A stretch of DNA of 64,000 bases from Chthoniobacteraceae bacterium (GCA_037190965.1 JBBCKI010000029.1:96001-160000); one strand, 5' to 3'. Counted from the stretch's first letter, positions 29,491-38,580 are shown. Notes: a model not told the origin generated them from the letters alone. Numbers and translations are program-made.

Positions 29491-31122
29491 TTAGAAGATT
29501 GAGCGAAGGTCCCTCGTTTTCAGCAACGGCGAGATGATCTCCATCATCGAATCATGCAGAATGCTTCGGAACGCTTCCGGCCCCAGTGGCACCGAGAGGA
29601 GGCGCGCCAGCTCCCAGGCGTGACCATGGAGAACGCCATCCGTTCCAAATAGAAGCTTGCGGTCCCCAATCTCCGCAACGGTATCCTCCCATGGCTTCCG
29701 GGAGAAAAAGCTGCCGCACCATTCCAGGAAGACATGAGGATGCTTCTTCGCGACCGCCTCCGCTTCCTTCCGCCCGTCATCGCTACCCCCACAGTGAGCA
29801 AGGATAAACCTTACATTGGGATAACGCTCCGCGAGCGGACTGATCATCGCGGGGGAGTTATAGGGTCCCGACCAGGTGTGAATCAGGACCGGCAGATTGT
29901 GGCGATCCGCGACTTCCCACATCGGATCAAACTCGGGGCTATTGACCGGGACTTCCCAATAGTCACAAAGAAGCTTGAAGCCGATGAAGACCTGCGAGCG
30001 CGGCAACCGCTCCAGATAAGGAGCAAGCCCCGACGCGTAACGCGGATTGTAAACAAAATAGGCAAGCAGCCGCGGATCATCAGCCTCAAGCACCTGCCTT
30101 TCCGCAATCGCGTTCCCCTCCACGGGGTCCCCGAAGAGAGCGCGCGTGTGCGAGAAGATGAAGTGGCGTAGATTCTGGCACTCCAGTTCGGCCCGCTTCC
30201 GGGGAATCTGGACCGCTTCATTCCCATCGCGAACCGGCCATGTCGCAACCGGCCCGAAATGCCCGTGGCAATCAATGATCGGGAAGCTGGGCGCTCCCGT
30301 CTCCAGGAAAAACTTCCACTCCCCCTGCTCAATCTCCGGTGCGGTATTGGCATCAAATTCCGGAAGCCCCAGAAGCCCCGTGATGTTGCCGAACAGGATC
30401 GCCTCTTTTTCCTCCGGCGAGATCCTTGCCCGCAGGACGGAGCCGAGCGAGGCCCCACCGAGAGCCCGGTAGCCTAGTGAAAGGATAACCCGGCTCGCTC
30501 CATAACGGGAGACAAACAGTTCGATGTGATCGTTTGTATGCCCGAGAGCGGTGTCCGTCAGAATATTTTCCGCCTCCTCCATCGCGGCATGGACGAAACT
30601 ATCCATGGCCCAATGGTGCTCCGTGAGAACGATGCAGATCTGCGGGTGTCTCCGGGCGATCTCGACAAGCGATCCCAGGGTGGGCGCTTCTTTCGTGCTG
30701 ATTGAAACGACAATCGGTCGGTCGATGATCTGTTCAACGAGAAACCGGATGCCGAGACGGAGGAAGTCCTCGCGCCCGTTGACGCAGAGCTTAAAGATGC
30801 AGGGCGGGCTATTCCGGATGATTGCCGCCAGGGTCGCTTCCGCCCCGTTGGAAAAGAGCCCGTTGGGATGAATTGTGAAGGCAGGGAAGAAACGCCCGCT
30901 CGCCGCCTCCGATCGGCAAAACGCCGCGATCTCCTCCGCGCTTTCGAGCAACGAGAGCGTCTCCGCCGTCAGGGAGCTGATAAAGCCCCTCCGGATGCCG
31001 AGGCGGCGTCTTCCTTCCACCGCCTCAGGCGGTGTCCTGAACTCAAACTGATTATCGCGAGCTTGCCCATAGATTATCCCGCAATCAATGGCTCGCGCTA
31101 CCCAGTGAAGATTCGTTTCCAT
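29491..31122 (-). CDS. Tandem amidohydrolase (Amidohydro_2-like) two-domain protein
   Basis: C-terminal domain has IDCHGH, GFKL, LIHT, LAHCGG, LFGTD. The N-terminal half is a second barrel ending EKEAILFGNITGLL. Confidence 0.85.
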   Translation of the reverse strand: METNLHWVARAIDCGIIYGQARDNQFEFRTPPEAVEGRRRLGIRRGFISSLTAETLSLLESAEEIAAFCRSEAASGRFFPAFTIHPNGLFSNGAEATLAAIIRNSPPCIFKLCVNGREDFLRLGIRFLVEQIIDRPIVVSISTKEAPTLGSLVEIARRHPQICIVLTEHHWAMDSFVHAAMEEAENILTDTALGHTNDHIELFVSRYGASRVILSLGYRALGGASLGSVLRARISPEEKEAILFGNITGLLGLPEFDANTAPEIEQGEWKFFLETGAPSFPIIDCHGHFGPVATWPVRDGNEAVQIPRKRAELECQNLRHFIFSHTRALFGDPVEGNAIAERQVLEADDPRLLAYFVYNPRYASGLAPYLERLPRSQVFIGFKLLCDYWEVPVNSPEFDPMWEVADRHNLPVLIHTWSGPYNSPAMISPLAERYPNVRFILAHCGGSDDGRKEAEAVAKKHPHVFLEWCGSFFSRKPWEDTVAEIGDRKLLFGTDGVLHGHAWELARLLSVPLGPEAFRSILHDSMMEIISPLLKTRDLRSIF

Positions 31123-31154
31123 CGGCGAAGAGAGCTGATTATCCTTCTACGGTC

Positions 31155-32477
31155 TTACCATGCCCTCGCGACCTTGCAAATCGCATGGCAGACCTGGTTT
31201 ACATATTCATCCGTCATCACTTGGGTGATCGGCATCATCACCGCTCGTTCGAGCCACGCCGTCGTATTCGGGCACATCTCCCGGGTATATTCAACCGCGC
31301 AGGAGCGATCCTCCGATTTCCATGGGAAGCCATTGAGGTGGGGTGTCCGTTTTTCCATAATATAATCCCAGTGGTAGAAAACATGCCGGTCGGGGATCTG
31401 TTTGGAGAACATCGTCCCGAATGGAACTCCTTCGGCCTGGAGCGTTGCAGCGATTTCGTTTGCCCTTTCCGCATTCTCCATGAAGAACAAGATGGAGATC
31501 CCGCAATCGCCCTCGCGGTCGTTCACTGCTTCCATTTGGGCGTTTGGAATCGTCTCGCAGGCAGCCCATAGCTTGCGTTTGATGGCGCGGGTGCGTGTGA
31601 GGATGCGATCCCTTTTCTTGAGCTGCTCCAGGGCGACCGCTCCGTGCAGTTCCGATTGCCGGTAGTTTTCACCCAGGAAGCAGATCTTTCGCCAATCTTG
31701 TTTGGCTTGGTCGTCCCCCGCCTTCCGCTCCATCCAGAATGCATAGGCGGAATCGTGATGGATCGCCGCGCGGTCAAACACCTCCTTGCGATCCGTTACC
31801 AGCACCCCGCCTTCTCCTGCCGTGACGATTTTGTAATGCTGAAAGCTGTATTCCCCCGCATCCCCAAAGGTCCCCAGCGATCGCCCGCGGAATTCCCCGC
31901 CATTGGCCTGCGCGCAATCTTCCAGGATGGCGATGCCCCGGCGCTTTGCGACCTCGACAATCCGCTCCATATTGCAGGGTGTGCCACGCATATGAACCGG
32001 GATCGCCGCCTTGGTCCGTGGGGTGATCTTCTTCTCCATATCGTCGGGGTCCATTGTCAGCGATCCGTCGATTTCGACGATCACCGGGAACGCCCCCAAG
32101 GCGAGAACCGCCGCCGCCGTGGCGATATAGGTATAAGCGGGAACCAGCACTTCGTCCCCCTGGCTGACGCCGATCCCCACCAGGCCTGCGATCAAAGCCG
32201 AGGTTCCGCTATTGACGGCAAGGACATACTTTGCCCCGGTCTTCTCCGCAAACAGCGCTTCAAACTTCGCGACGGGAGAAGTCGACGGATCTTTCATGAA
32301 GCGAAACAGGCTTTTGCTTTTGAGGACCTCCGTCACCGCCTGGATTTCCTCCTCTCCAATCTCCTGCGGGCCATGCAAATAACTGGTGGGGGCGGCGGCG
32401 GTCACCGCCTTCGGGCCTCCATGAATGGCTAGTGCCTTCTTGGCTTCAGTGTCGCCGGGGATGATTTCGGTTTGCAT
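31155..32477 (-). CDS. DegT/DnrJ/EryC1/StrS aminotransferase (second paralog)
   Basis: LAIHGG, NSGTSAL, GDEVLVP, EDCAQANG, YSFQHYKIVTAGEGG. Confidence 0.93.
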   Translation of the reverse strand: MQTEIIPGDTEAKKALAIHGGPKAVTAAAPTSYLHGPQEIGEEEIQAVTEVLKSKSLFRFMKDPSTSPVAKFEALFAEKTGAKYVLAVNSGTSALIAGLVGIGVSQGDEVLVPAYTYIATAAAVLALGAFPVIVEIDGSLTMDPDDMEKKITPRTKAAIPVHMRGTPCNMERIVEVAKRRGIAILEDCAQANGGEFRGRSLGTFGDAGEYSFQHYKIVTAGEGGVLVTDRKEVFDRAAIHHDSAYAFWMERKAGDDQAKQDWRKICFLGENYRQSELHGAVALEQLKKRDRILTRTRAIKRKLWAACETIPNAQMEAVNDREGDCGISILFFMENAERANEIAATLQAEGVPFGTMFSKQIPDRHVFYHWDYIMEKRTPHLNGFPWKSEDRSCAVEYTREMCPNTTAWLERAVMMPITQVMTDEYVNQVCHAICKVARAW

Positions 32478-32516
32478 GGGAATGAAGGTATCGCGTTTTG
32501 TTCATTCCCGCTGTCC

Positions 32517-32547
32517 GATTCTTGCGGCATGTGGTGGATTGTTGCGG
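32517..32547 (-). promoter_or_regulatory. Tandem direct repeat CCGCAAnAATC with 20-bp period, candidate AraC-type activator site
   Basis: Plus strand GATTCTTGCGG (32517-32527) and GATTGTTGCGG (32537-32547), in the gap upstream of the DegT gene. Confidence 0.45.
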
Positions 32548-32569
32548 TGCTATCGCACAGGCGGCAGGT

Positions 32570-33277
32570 TCAGGAGCCCATCAGATCGAGCGCATCCGAA
32601 ACGGCGATGGGGATCGCCTGGGAGCGCATGAACGCCTCCCCATAGCGCACCCCGATCAACGATCCATAGGCGCGGGCCTTGGCTTCGATCTGGTCGAGAA
32701 TCCCGGGTACCACCTCATGCTGGGAGCGATAAGCTTTCATCGCCTCCAACTTCGCCTCCAGGGTCTCGGTAATGTCGATGACGTGCGACGGCTTTGGAAC
32801 AAACTCCAGGATCGGGAAGAGATACAGCCGCTCCACCCTCCAGGGTTCACCCAGCTCCAGCGAGCATTTCCAGCTCGCCTGCCAGACCGCCTCCGGGATC
32901 AGCTTCGACAAGGTTCGATGCGCCAGGTAATCGGTCGGCAGATGCGAGAAGACGAGGTCAGGGCGCACCGATCGGACCGCCTGGATCACCTTATGATAAA
33001 CGTCCTCGCAATCGAGATTGCTAAAATCGCCATACCCGTGGGTGATGCAATGGCTCGTCCCGAGGATCGCCCCCGCGGCGCACCGTTCCTCCGCCCTCCG
33101 GGCGACGATAGTCTCCTTTTCCTCGAGATGTTGGTACCCCTCGTTCCCTGTCGCGAAGATCACCGTCGTCACTTCCACCCCCGCATTCGCCAACTTCCGA
33201 AGGGTTCCCCCTGGTCCAATCACCTCATCATCATCATGAGCACAGATGACCAGCGCGCGTCTTGGATTCATATTCAT
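32570..33277 (-). CDS. PIG-L/LmbE-family deacetylase
   Basis: CAHDDDEVIGPGG, TGNEG, RAEE, RPDLVFSH, IDITETLEAKLEAMKAYRSQ, EAF. An ATGA overlap places the start at 33277. Confidence 0.9.
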   Translation of the reverse strand: MNMNPRRALVICAHDDDEVIGPGGTLRKLANAGVEVTTVIFATGNEGYQHLEEKETIVARRAEERCAAGAILGTSHCITHGYGDFSNLDCEDVYHKVIQAVRSVRPDLVFSHLPTDYLAHRTLSKLIPEAVWQASWKCSLELGEPWRVERLYLFPILEFVPKPSHVIDITETLEAKLEAMKAYRSQHEVVPGILDQIEAKARAYGSLIGVRYGEAFMRSQAIPIAVSDALDLMGS

Positions 33278-33654
33278 GCGTTCTCCCAAATTCCCGGTGC
33301 GCAATAATAGGCAAGGTTTCCTTGAGTCGTGTCGAGCCTCCCAAACTGCGCAACGATGGGAATCTCGGATCTCACCCGGATTGAATACTGTGTCAGCGGG
33401 GGAATCGCCAGGCCCCCAATATCCCCGGGGTGATCAAGGCGAAGCGTCTTTACCCGCTCTGCTCCTACCACGACACGGATGTTGCCGACCGGCGGCTTAT
33501 CTTCAAAATAGAAATCGAGCGTCACCTCGGCCTCCCTTTCGGCTACATTCAACAGCATTAACGCTTCATGAGCCTCCATCTTACCATCCGTGGTTTTCTC
33601 CGGCAAGTAGCCGTCCGGGAAATACCAAACCGTTGCGCCTCCCGTGGTTTTCAT
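33274..33654 (-). CDS. Anabaena sensory rhodopsin transducer (ASRT)-family protein
   Basis: WYFPDGYLP, HEALMLLN, FEDKPP, AERVKTLRL, SEIPIVAQFGRLDTTQ. ATGA-coupled on both sides. Confidence 0.85.
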   Translation of the reverse strand: MKTTGGATVWYFPDGYLPEKTTDGKMEAHEALMLLNVAEREAEVTLDFYFEDKPPVGNIRVVVGAERVKTLRLDHPGDIGGLAIPPLTQYSIRVRSEIPIVAQFGRLDTTQGNLAYYCAPGIWENA

Positions 33655-34832
33655 ACCAGGCCTCCCTGTTCGCACAGTTTCCGGATCAGCGGCGTTGTGG
33701 ATTCCGGCCCGTCTTTCCGAATCACAAACCCCTCCTCCAGCCGGTTGGAGCCCCCCGGGGCGCCGAACAAGCTGATATCGGAGTTCACGCACATCCCTTC
33801 CTTAAAGGCATAGGTCGCGTTTTCGTCAGGGTAAGGCGATTCGGCCTCCGCCAAGCCCGCTCCATGGAGCGGCGGATAGACGTCATACTCGGAAAGTTGA
33901 TGCTTGCGGAATACCCCTTTGACCGCCCGCACCATCTCTCCGGCAACAACCCCTTCCTTCAGGTGCTTCAGCTGTTCATTGGCCGCTTCCATCAGCACTG
34001 CCAGAAAGCGCTTCTGTTCGTCACTGGCCTTGCCTGCCACAAATGGGTATTCGACTGTCGCGACATACCCTTCATATTGCACCGCAAAGGCCGCCATGAT
34101 CATGTCGCCCTCTTCGATGATTTTGCGCGTCGGACGCCCGATAATCGTCCCTGCACGAGCTCCGCTCCCAAAGACCATGAAGGTCACCCCCTCCGCCCCG
34201 GCTTGACGCGCCGCTCCTTCCGCAGCGCCGCTCGCCTGAAGCTCCGTGTTGCCGGGAATCGCGTGCTTTATCAACGCTTCATAACCGATACAGGCCAGTC
34301 TTCCCGCTTCCTTCAAGCAGGCGATCTCGGCTTCCGTCTTGATGAGGCGAAGCTCTGTCAGCAGCGGCCCTGCATCAATCAATTCGAGGCCGGGAATCGC
34401 CTCGCGGATTCTTTGAAAGATCGGGGAGGGGATGTCATACCATCCCGCGATCCCTAGCTTCTTTCCCCCTTTGAGTGTCTCGTTCAGGATTTCCGAGAAT
34501 GACGAAAACCGGGCGAGGGGATAGTCGATTTCATCGGGAACGGAGACACAAGCGAAGTCCTTGACGTTTCTCTGGTCCGCCCAGACATTCATCTCCCTCA
34601 TATATTGCTCCCCTTCCGGAGCGCCGGCCATGATCGGTTCGCCGCTCCTCCCTATGATGCAGGCCGCGCGCTCGAAGATGGGCCAGAAGTTGGAGACATA
34701 CCGGAGATTCTCCTTCCGGTATTCATCTCCGTAAACCAGCAAAGCATCGAGACCCTTTGCGGCCATTGCATTTTGAATCCGAACGATTCGCTCGCGAAAT
34801 TCCGACGGTAGAATTTTGGGTGGTATATTCAT
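33651..34832 (-). CDS. M24/creatinase-fold hydrolase (Xaa-Pro peptidase family, atypical metal site)
   Basis: Creatinase N-domain (GLDALLV, NLRYVSNF), LRLIKTEAEI, HGAGL, RLEE. Confidence 0.88.
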   Translation of the reverse strand: MNIPPKILPSEFRERIVRIQNAMAAKGLDALLVYGDEYRKENLRYVSNFWPIFERAACIIGRSGEPIMAGAPEGEQYMREMNVWADQRNVKDFACVSVPDEIDYPLARFSSFSEILNETLKGGKKLGIAGWYDIPSPIFQRIREAIPGLELIDAGPLLTELRLIKTEAEIACLKEAGRLACIGYEALIKHAIPGNTELQASGAAEGAARQAGAEGVTFMVFGSGARAGTIIGRPTRKIIEEGDMIMAAFAVQYEGYVATVEYPFVAGKASDEQKRFLAVLMEAANEQLKHLKEGVVAGEMVRAVKGVFRKHQLSEYDVYPPLHGAGLAEAESPYPDENATYAFKEGMCVNSDISLFGAPGGSNRLEEGFVIRKDGPESTTPLIRKLCEQGGLV

Positions 34833-34885
34833 AAAGCATCAAAAAACCGACTGGTTAACCCTCATTGGAATGAAAGAGAACCTGA

Positions 34886-34913
34886 TTGGTAGCACGTGCA
34901 ACTAAACTGTCAA
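34886..34913 (-). promoter_or_regulatory. Candidate LacI operator just downstream of a TTGACA -35 box for the leftward operon
   Basis: TTGGTAGCACGTGCAACTAA (34886-34905) is a CG-centred imperfect palindrome; minus-strand TTGACA at 34913-34908. Confidence 0.6.
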
Positions 34914-35008
34914 TCCTCCACATCGGAATTCTCCGTGCCCGTTCGCGATATAAGTTGCAATCGGACGCTGCCCCCTGTACGGGATTCCCGATTACGGCAG
35001 GTATTTGT

Positions 35009-36019
35009 ATGAAAGTGACGATCAAAGATATCGCTCGCAGAGCCAATGTTTCCCACCAGGCGGTCTCAATGGTTTTTGCGGGAGAGCCGCGTATCAGCCA
35101 GAAGACGCGGGAGCGGGTGCTTCAGGTTGCCCGCGAAATGCAATATGTTCCCAACCTCGCTGCCCGAAATTTAAGGAAAGGGAAGAGCAACTGGATCGGC
35201 CTCATCGTCAATGACATCTCCAACCCTTTTTATGGGACAATGGCGAAGATTGCGGAAGAAGCCGCGCTCGAGAAGGGCTACCAGCTCATCATCGCCGATA
35301 CGCAGTGGAGCGCCGCCCGGGAGGTTAGTGCCATCGAGCGGATGGTCAGCTTCCAGGCCCGTGGGGTTCTATTATGCAGCACAGAGCAGAACAGCCTCGA
35401 AATGTTGAATCAGATCGGGAGTCCCGTTGTGGTCGCTGTGGATACCTGCGCTTCCAATTACGAGGGGTGCTTTGTGGGGAACGACATTGCAGCCGCAGGC
35501 CGCCTCGCGGCCACGCACCTCTTGGAGAGCGGTGCCCGCAACCCGCTCCTCTTTACGGCGAAGAAGCCTTTTGACTCCTTCAGCAGCTTTGCCGCGCTCC
35601 AGAAAGGATTCCTCCAGGTCTTGAAGAAGAATCGACTCCCTGCCGGGAAGGATCGAGTCGTCCATTCCGGTTTAACCATTGAAGACGGCCGGGAGGCGTT
35701 CCTCCAGCGCGCAAGCGCCCTGCGAGATGTCGATGCCATTTTCTGCGCAAACGACGTGTGCGCCGTGGGTGTCATGGCAGCCGCCAGTGAAGCGGGCAGG
35801 AAGGTCGGCAAAGATCTCGCGGTGATGGGCATCGACGATCTCCCTTTTTCCCGCGTGCCTCAGATCTCCCTGACCACCCTTCGCCAACCCCATGAAGCGA
35901 TCGCCAGAATGGCCGTGAAAGTGCTCATAGAGCGCATCGAACAGACGGCGACCGGTCTCGTCCGGCAGGTGTTTCTGCCGGAACTGGTTGTCCGTCAGAG
36001 CAGTCAGCTTAAGGTCTGA
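35009..36019 (+). CDS. LacI-family transcriptional regulator
   Basis: MKVTIKDIARRANVSHQAVS, YVPNLAARNL, DAIFCANDVCA, LTTLRQP, PELVVRQS. Confidence 0.95.
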   Translation: MKVTIKDIARRANVSHQAVSMVFAGEPRISQKTRERVLQVAREMQYVPNLAARNLRKGKSNWIGLIVNDISNPFYGTMAKIAEEAALEKGYQLIIADTQWSAAREVSAIERMVSFQARGVLLCSTEQNSLEMLNQIGSPVVVAVDTCASNYEGCFVGNDIAAAGRLAATHLLESGARNPLLFTAKKPFDSFSSFAALQKGFLQVLKKNRLPAGKDRVVHSGLTIEDGREAFLQRASALRDVDAIFCANDVCAVGVMAAASEAGRKVGKDLAVMGIDDLPFSRVPQISLTTLRQPHEAIARMAVKVLIERIEQTATGLVRQVFLPELVVRQSSQLKV

Positions 36020-36137
36020 CGGGAAGTGTCGTCGGTCTGAAGCCCTATGGCGTTTCGCGGCGGCTGACCAATGGCGGCCGATATTTTCACGACGATTTCA
36101 TCGGGACTTCATCCTCGTTTCATGGGTGAGGGCAACC

Positions 36138-37682
36138 ATGGTCTTCATGAACCATTCCGATCCATCCGACGGTCCGTCTGCATTGCCGTTCCAAGATTCA
36201 GCACCCCCCATCCCGGAACGGCTGTTTAAGATTTTCGCCAGTACTGCAGGACTGACGCTATTGGGTAATTTCCTGCTGTGGCCTGCCGTGCCAGGGCTCT
36301 CTTGGGGGCTGTTCCTGATCGTAGCCGGCGCAGTCTTGGTTTTGAACCGGCCGCGCTGTGCGTGGAATCGTACTTCGGCAGTTTTGTCCGGGCTGCTCCT
36401 GATTACGGCTTGCCAGAGTGCGGTGGAAATCTCGTTAAGCAATGTTCTGGTGTCGTTGGCGCTTCTCGTGGCACTTGTGGGCGAGGTTTCGTATCCCTCC
36501 CTGGCTGCCGGTTGGGAGAGAGGATCGGAAGCTCTATGGGCCCTTGCAAAAGCGCCGGGCAGGTGGGGATGGGCGGGCGGTGCGATGACGAAACTCGCTC
36601 GGACCAATAGGGGAATGGTAGGCAGCGTGGTTTGGTGTATCCGCATCGGCTTGCCTGCGTTGATCCTGGGAGTCGCTTTTGCCAGGCTCTTCGGGGCAGG
36701 AAACGCGATTTTCAGCTCATGGGCTTCCGCAAGCCTCGACGCGTTCTGGCGATGGCTTGCAGAATGGGATTTTTCGCCTAGGCATTTGCTTTTCTACGGA
36801 CTGCTGGCGACATTTTCCTTGTGGCTTCTCCGGCCTTCCGGCGCGGGGAGTTCGACACGGGTCTGGGCGCGTACGATCCCCACGCTGCCCATCAGAAATC
36901 CTGCGATTGACTGGTGGCGCAGCGTGGTGGTGCTGGCCACGCTTAACGGTCTTTTCTTCCTGGTTAACACGATCGATGTATTCTATCTGTGGATGCACGG
37001 CCAACTGCCTGTCGGGGTGACTGCCAGTCAGTACGTCCATGAGGGAGTGCATAGCCTTGTTGCGGCGGTCATACTCTCGGCCGTAGTGCTGGTAACCTTG
37101 TTTCAGCAAGACCGAAGCATTGGCCAATCCCCCGCGCTGAAGCGGCTTGGCTATGTCTGGATAGCGCAGAATTTCGTCTTGCTCGCCGGTGTGGCGCTCC
37201 GATTGGCGCGCTATGTTCAAGACTCTCTGCTGACGCTCGCCCGAGTCTATGTATTTTGTTTCCTGCTCCTGGTGGCGACGGGGTTTGTGCTGCTGGTCTT
37301 TCACATCGCCGGGAATCGCAGCCTTAATTGGCTGATCTTGTCGAACGGACTCGCGACGATCGTGTTATTCTTCGTGATGCAATTTCTCAATGTTGCCGGA
37401 TGGGTGGCGCATTACAATGTGACGCATTGGGAACTCGATACCGGAAAGCCGTTGGATATTAAATATCTGGAATCATTGGGCGCCCCCGCCTGGCCAGCGC
37501 TGGCGCGGGCAGCGGACTCCAAACGCATTGGGGCGCAGGGGGCAAAGGACTTGTTGGAAAGAATAAAAATCGAATATCGTAGAGCATGTGATTCGCACAA
37601 CTGGCGTTCGTGGCAGGCAAGGCGTGAACTAAATGCTGCAAAGGTATTTGGCCCGCCTGTGTCGTACGGCTCCGCTTTTTGA
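36138..37682 (+). CDS. DUF4153/DUF4173-type multi-pass membrane protein
   Basis: Many TM segments; LFGAGNAIF, SQYVHEG, RLARYVQDSLLTLARV, YN...LDIKYLESLG. Confidence 0.75.
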   Translation: MVFMNHSDPSDGPSALPFQDSAPPIPERLFKIFASTAGLTLLGNFLLWPAVPGLSWGLFLIVAGAVLVLNRPRCAWNRTSAVLSGLLLITACQSAVEISLSNVLVSLALLVALVGEVSYPSLAAGWERGSEALWALAKAPGRWGWAGGAMTKLARTNRGMVGSVVWCIRIGLPALILGVAFARLFGAGNAIFSSWASASLDAFWRWLAEWDFSPRHLLFYGLLATFSLWLLRPSGAGSSTRVWARTIPTLPIRNPAIDWWRSVVVLATLNGLFFLVNTIDVFYLWMHGQLPVGVTASQYVHEGVHSLVAAVILSAVVLVTLFQQDRSIGQSPALKRLGYVWIAQNFVLLAGVALRLARYVQDSLLTLARVYVFCFLLLVATGFVLLVFHIAGNRSLNWLILSNGLATIVLFFVMQFLNVAGWVAHYNVTHWELDTGKPLDIKYLESLGAPAWPALARAADSKRIGAQGAKDLLERIKIEYRRACDSHNWRSWQARRELNAAKVFGPPVSYGSAF

Positions 37683-37783
37683 AATATTTCTAACGCCGGG
37701 CCGATCGTTTCTTATGCGACTGTGGCCATTGAAACACCGCATTCTTTGGAGCGACAACAGAATCGCTCCAGAAAGGCCGAGCT

Positions 37784-38557
37784 TCACGTGTCCCTGATCC
37801 TTGGCAGTTGCCCAAGCGTCAATCCTCCATCGACAACGATCACCTGCCCGGTGATATAGGAAGATGCCGGGGCGCAAAGAAAAGCTGCGGTACCTCCACA
37901 GTCCTCGGGGGTTCCAATACGGCCCAGTGCGATCTTTCTCTCCAGCGCTTCACGAAGTCCCGGGGTTCTGTTAAGTGTCTTCTCGGCGGCGGAAGAGGGC
38001 GTCTGGATAAAGCCTGGCGCGATGCCATTGACCCGTATGCCATACTCGGCCAGCGACAGCGCCATGCTGCGCGTCATCATGACCAGGGCTCCCTTCGATG
38101 TATCATAGGCGGTGGAATCGAATTCGGCCTGAAAGCCGTTGGTGGAACAGGTAATGACGACCGCTCCGCTACGCCTCAAAGAGACAAGCCGGGAGGCGAA
38201 TTCCTTGACAAGAAAATAGGTGGACTCGACATTCAGACGCATGGTTTTGTCCCAGCGTTCGTGGGACATTTCCAGGAGTGGCACATCGAAAAAACCGCCT
38301 GCGTTGCCGATGAGCAAATCGAGACCCGGGCATGCGGAGAAGGCAGCATCCAGAAGGCTGTTTACTCCACCTACAGCCAGTAGATCATGCCGGAAATAGG
38401 GATACTTCCCGAGATCTGCGTCGGATGGCTTTTCATCCAAACCGTGCAGCAGAACATCTGCTCCCGCCCGGACCAGAGCAGTTGCGATGCTTTGTCCGAT
38501 GCCTCGAGACGAGCCGGTGATAAGCGCCGAGTGACCGCATAGCGAAAAATCAGACAT
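37784..38557 (-). CDS. SDR-family oxidoreductase
   Basis: [37 protein letters not shown]. Confidence 0.95.
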   Translation of the reverse strand: MSDFSLCGHSALITGSSRGIGQSIATALVRAGADVLLHGLDEKPSDADLGKYPYFRHDLLAVGGVNSLLDAAFSACPGLDLLIGNAGGFFDVPLLEMSHERWDKTMRLNVESTYFLVKEFASRLVSLRRSGAVVITCSTNGFQAEFDSTAYDTSKGALVMMTRSMALSLAEYGIRVNGIAPGFIQTPSSAAEKTLNRTPGLREALERKIALGRIGTPEDCGGTAAFLCAPASSYITGQVIVVDGGLTLGQLPRIRDT

Positions 38558-38580
38558 GGGAAACAGGCGGCGCGCGTGAA

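Noticed and set aside
24962..34832. Aminoglycoside or O-antigen biosynthetic cluster
   Set aside because: No glycosyltransferase, nucleotidyltransferase, cyclase, exporter or resistance gene is visible; hydrolases and repressors dominate, so catabolism fits better.
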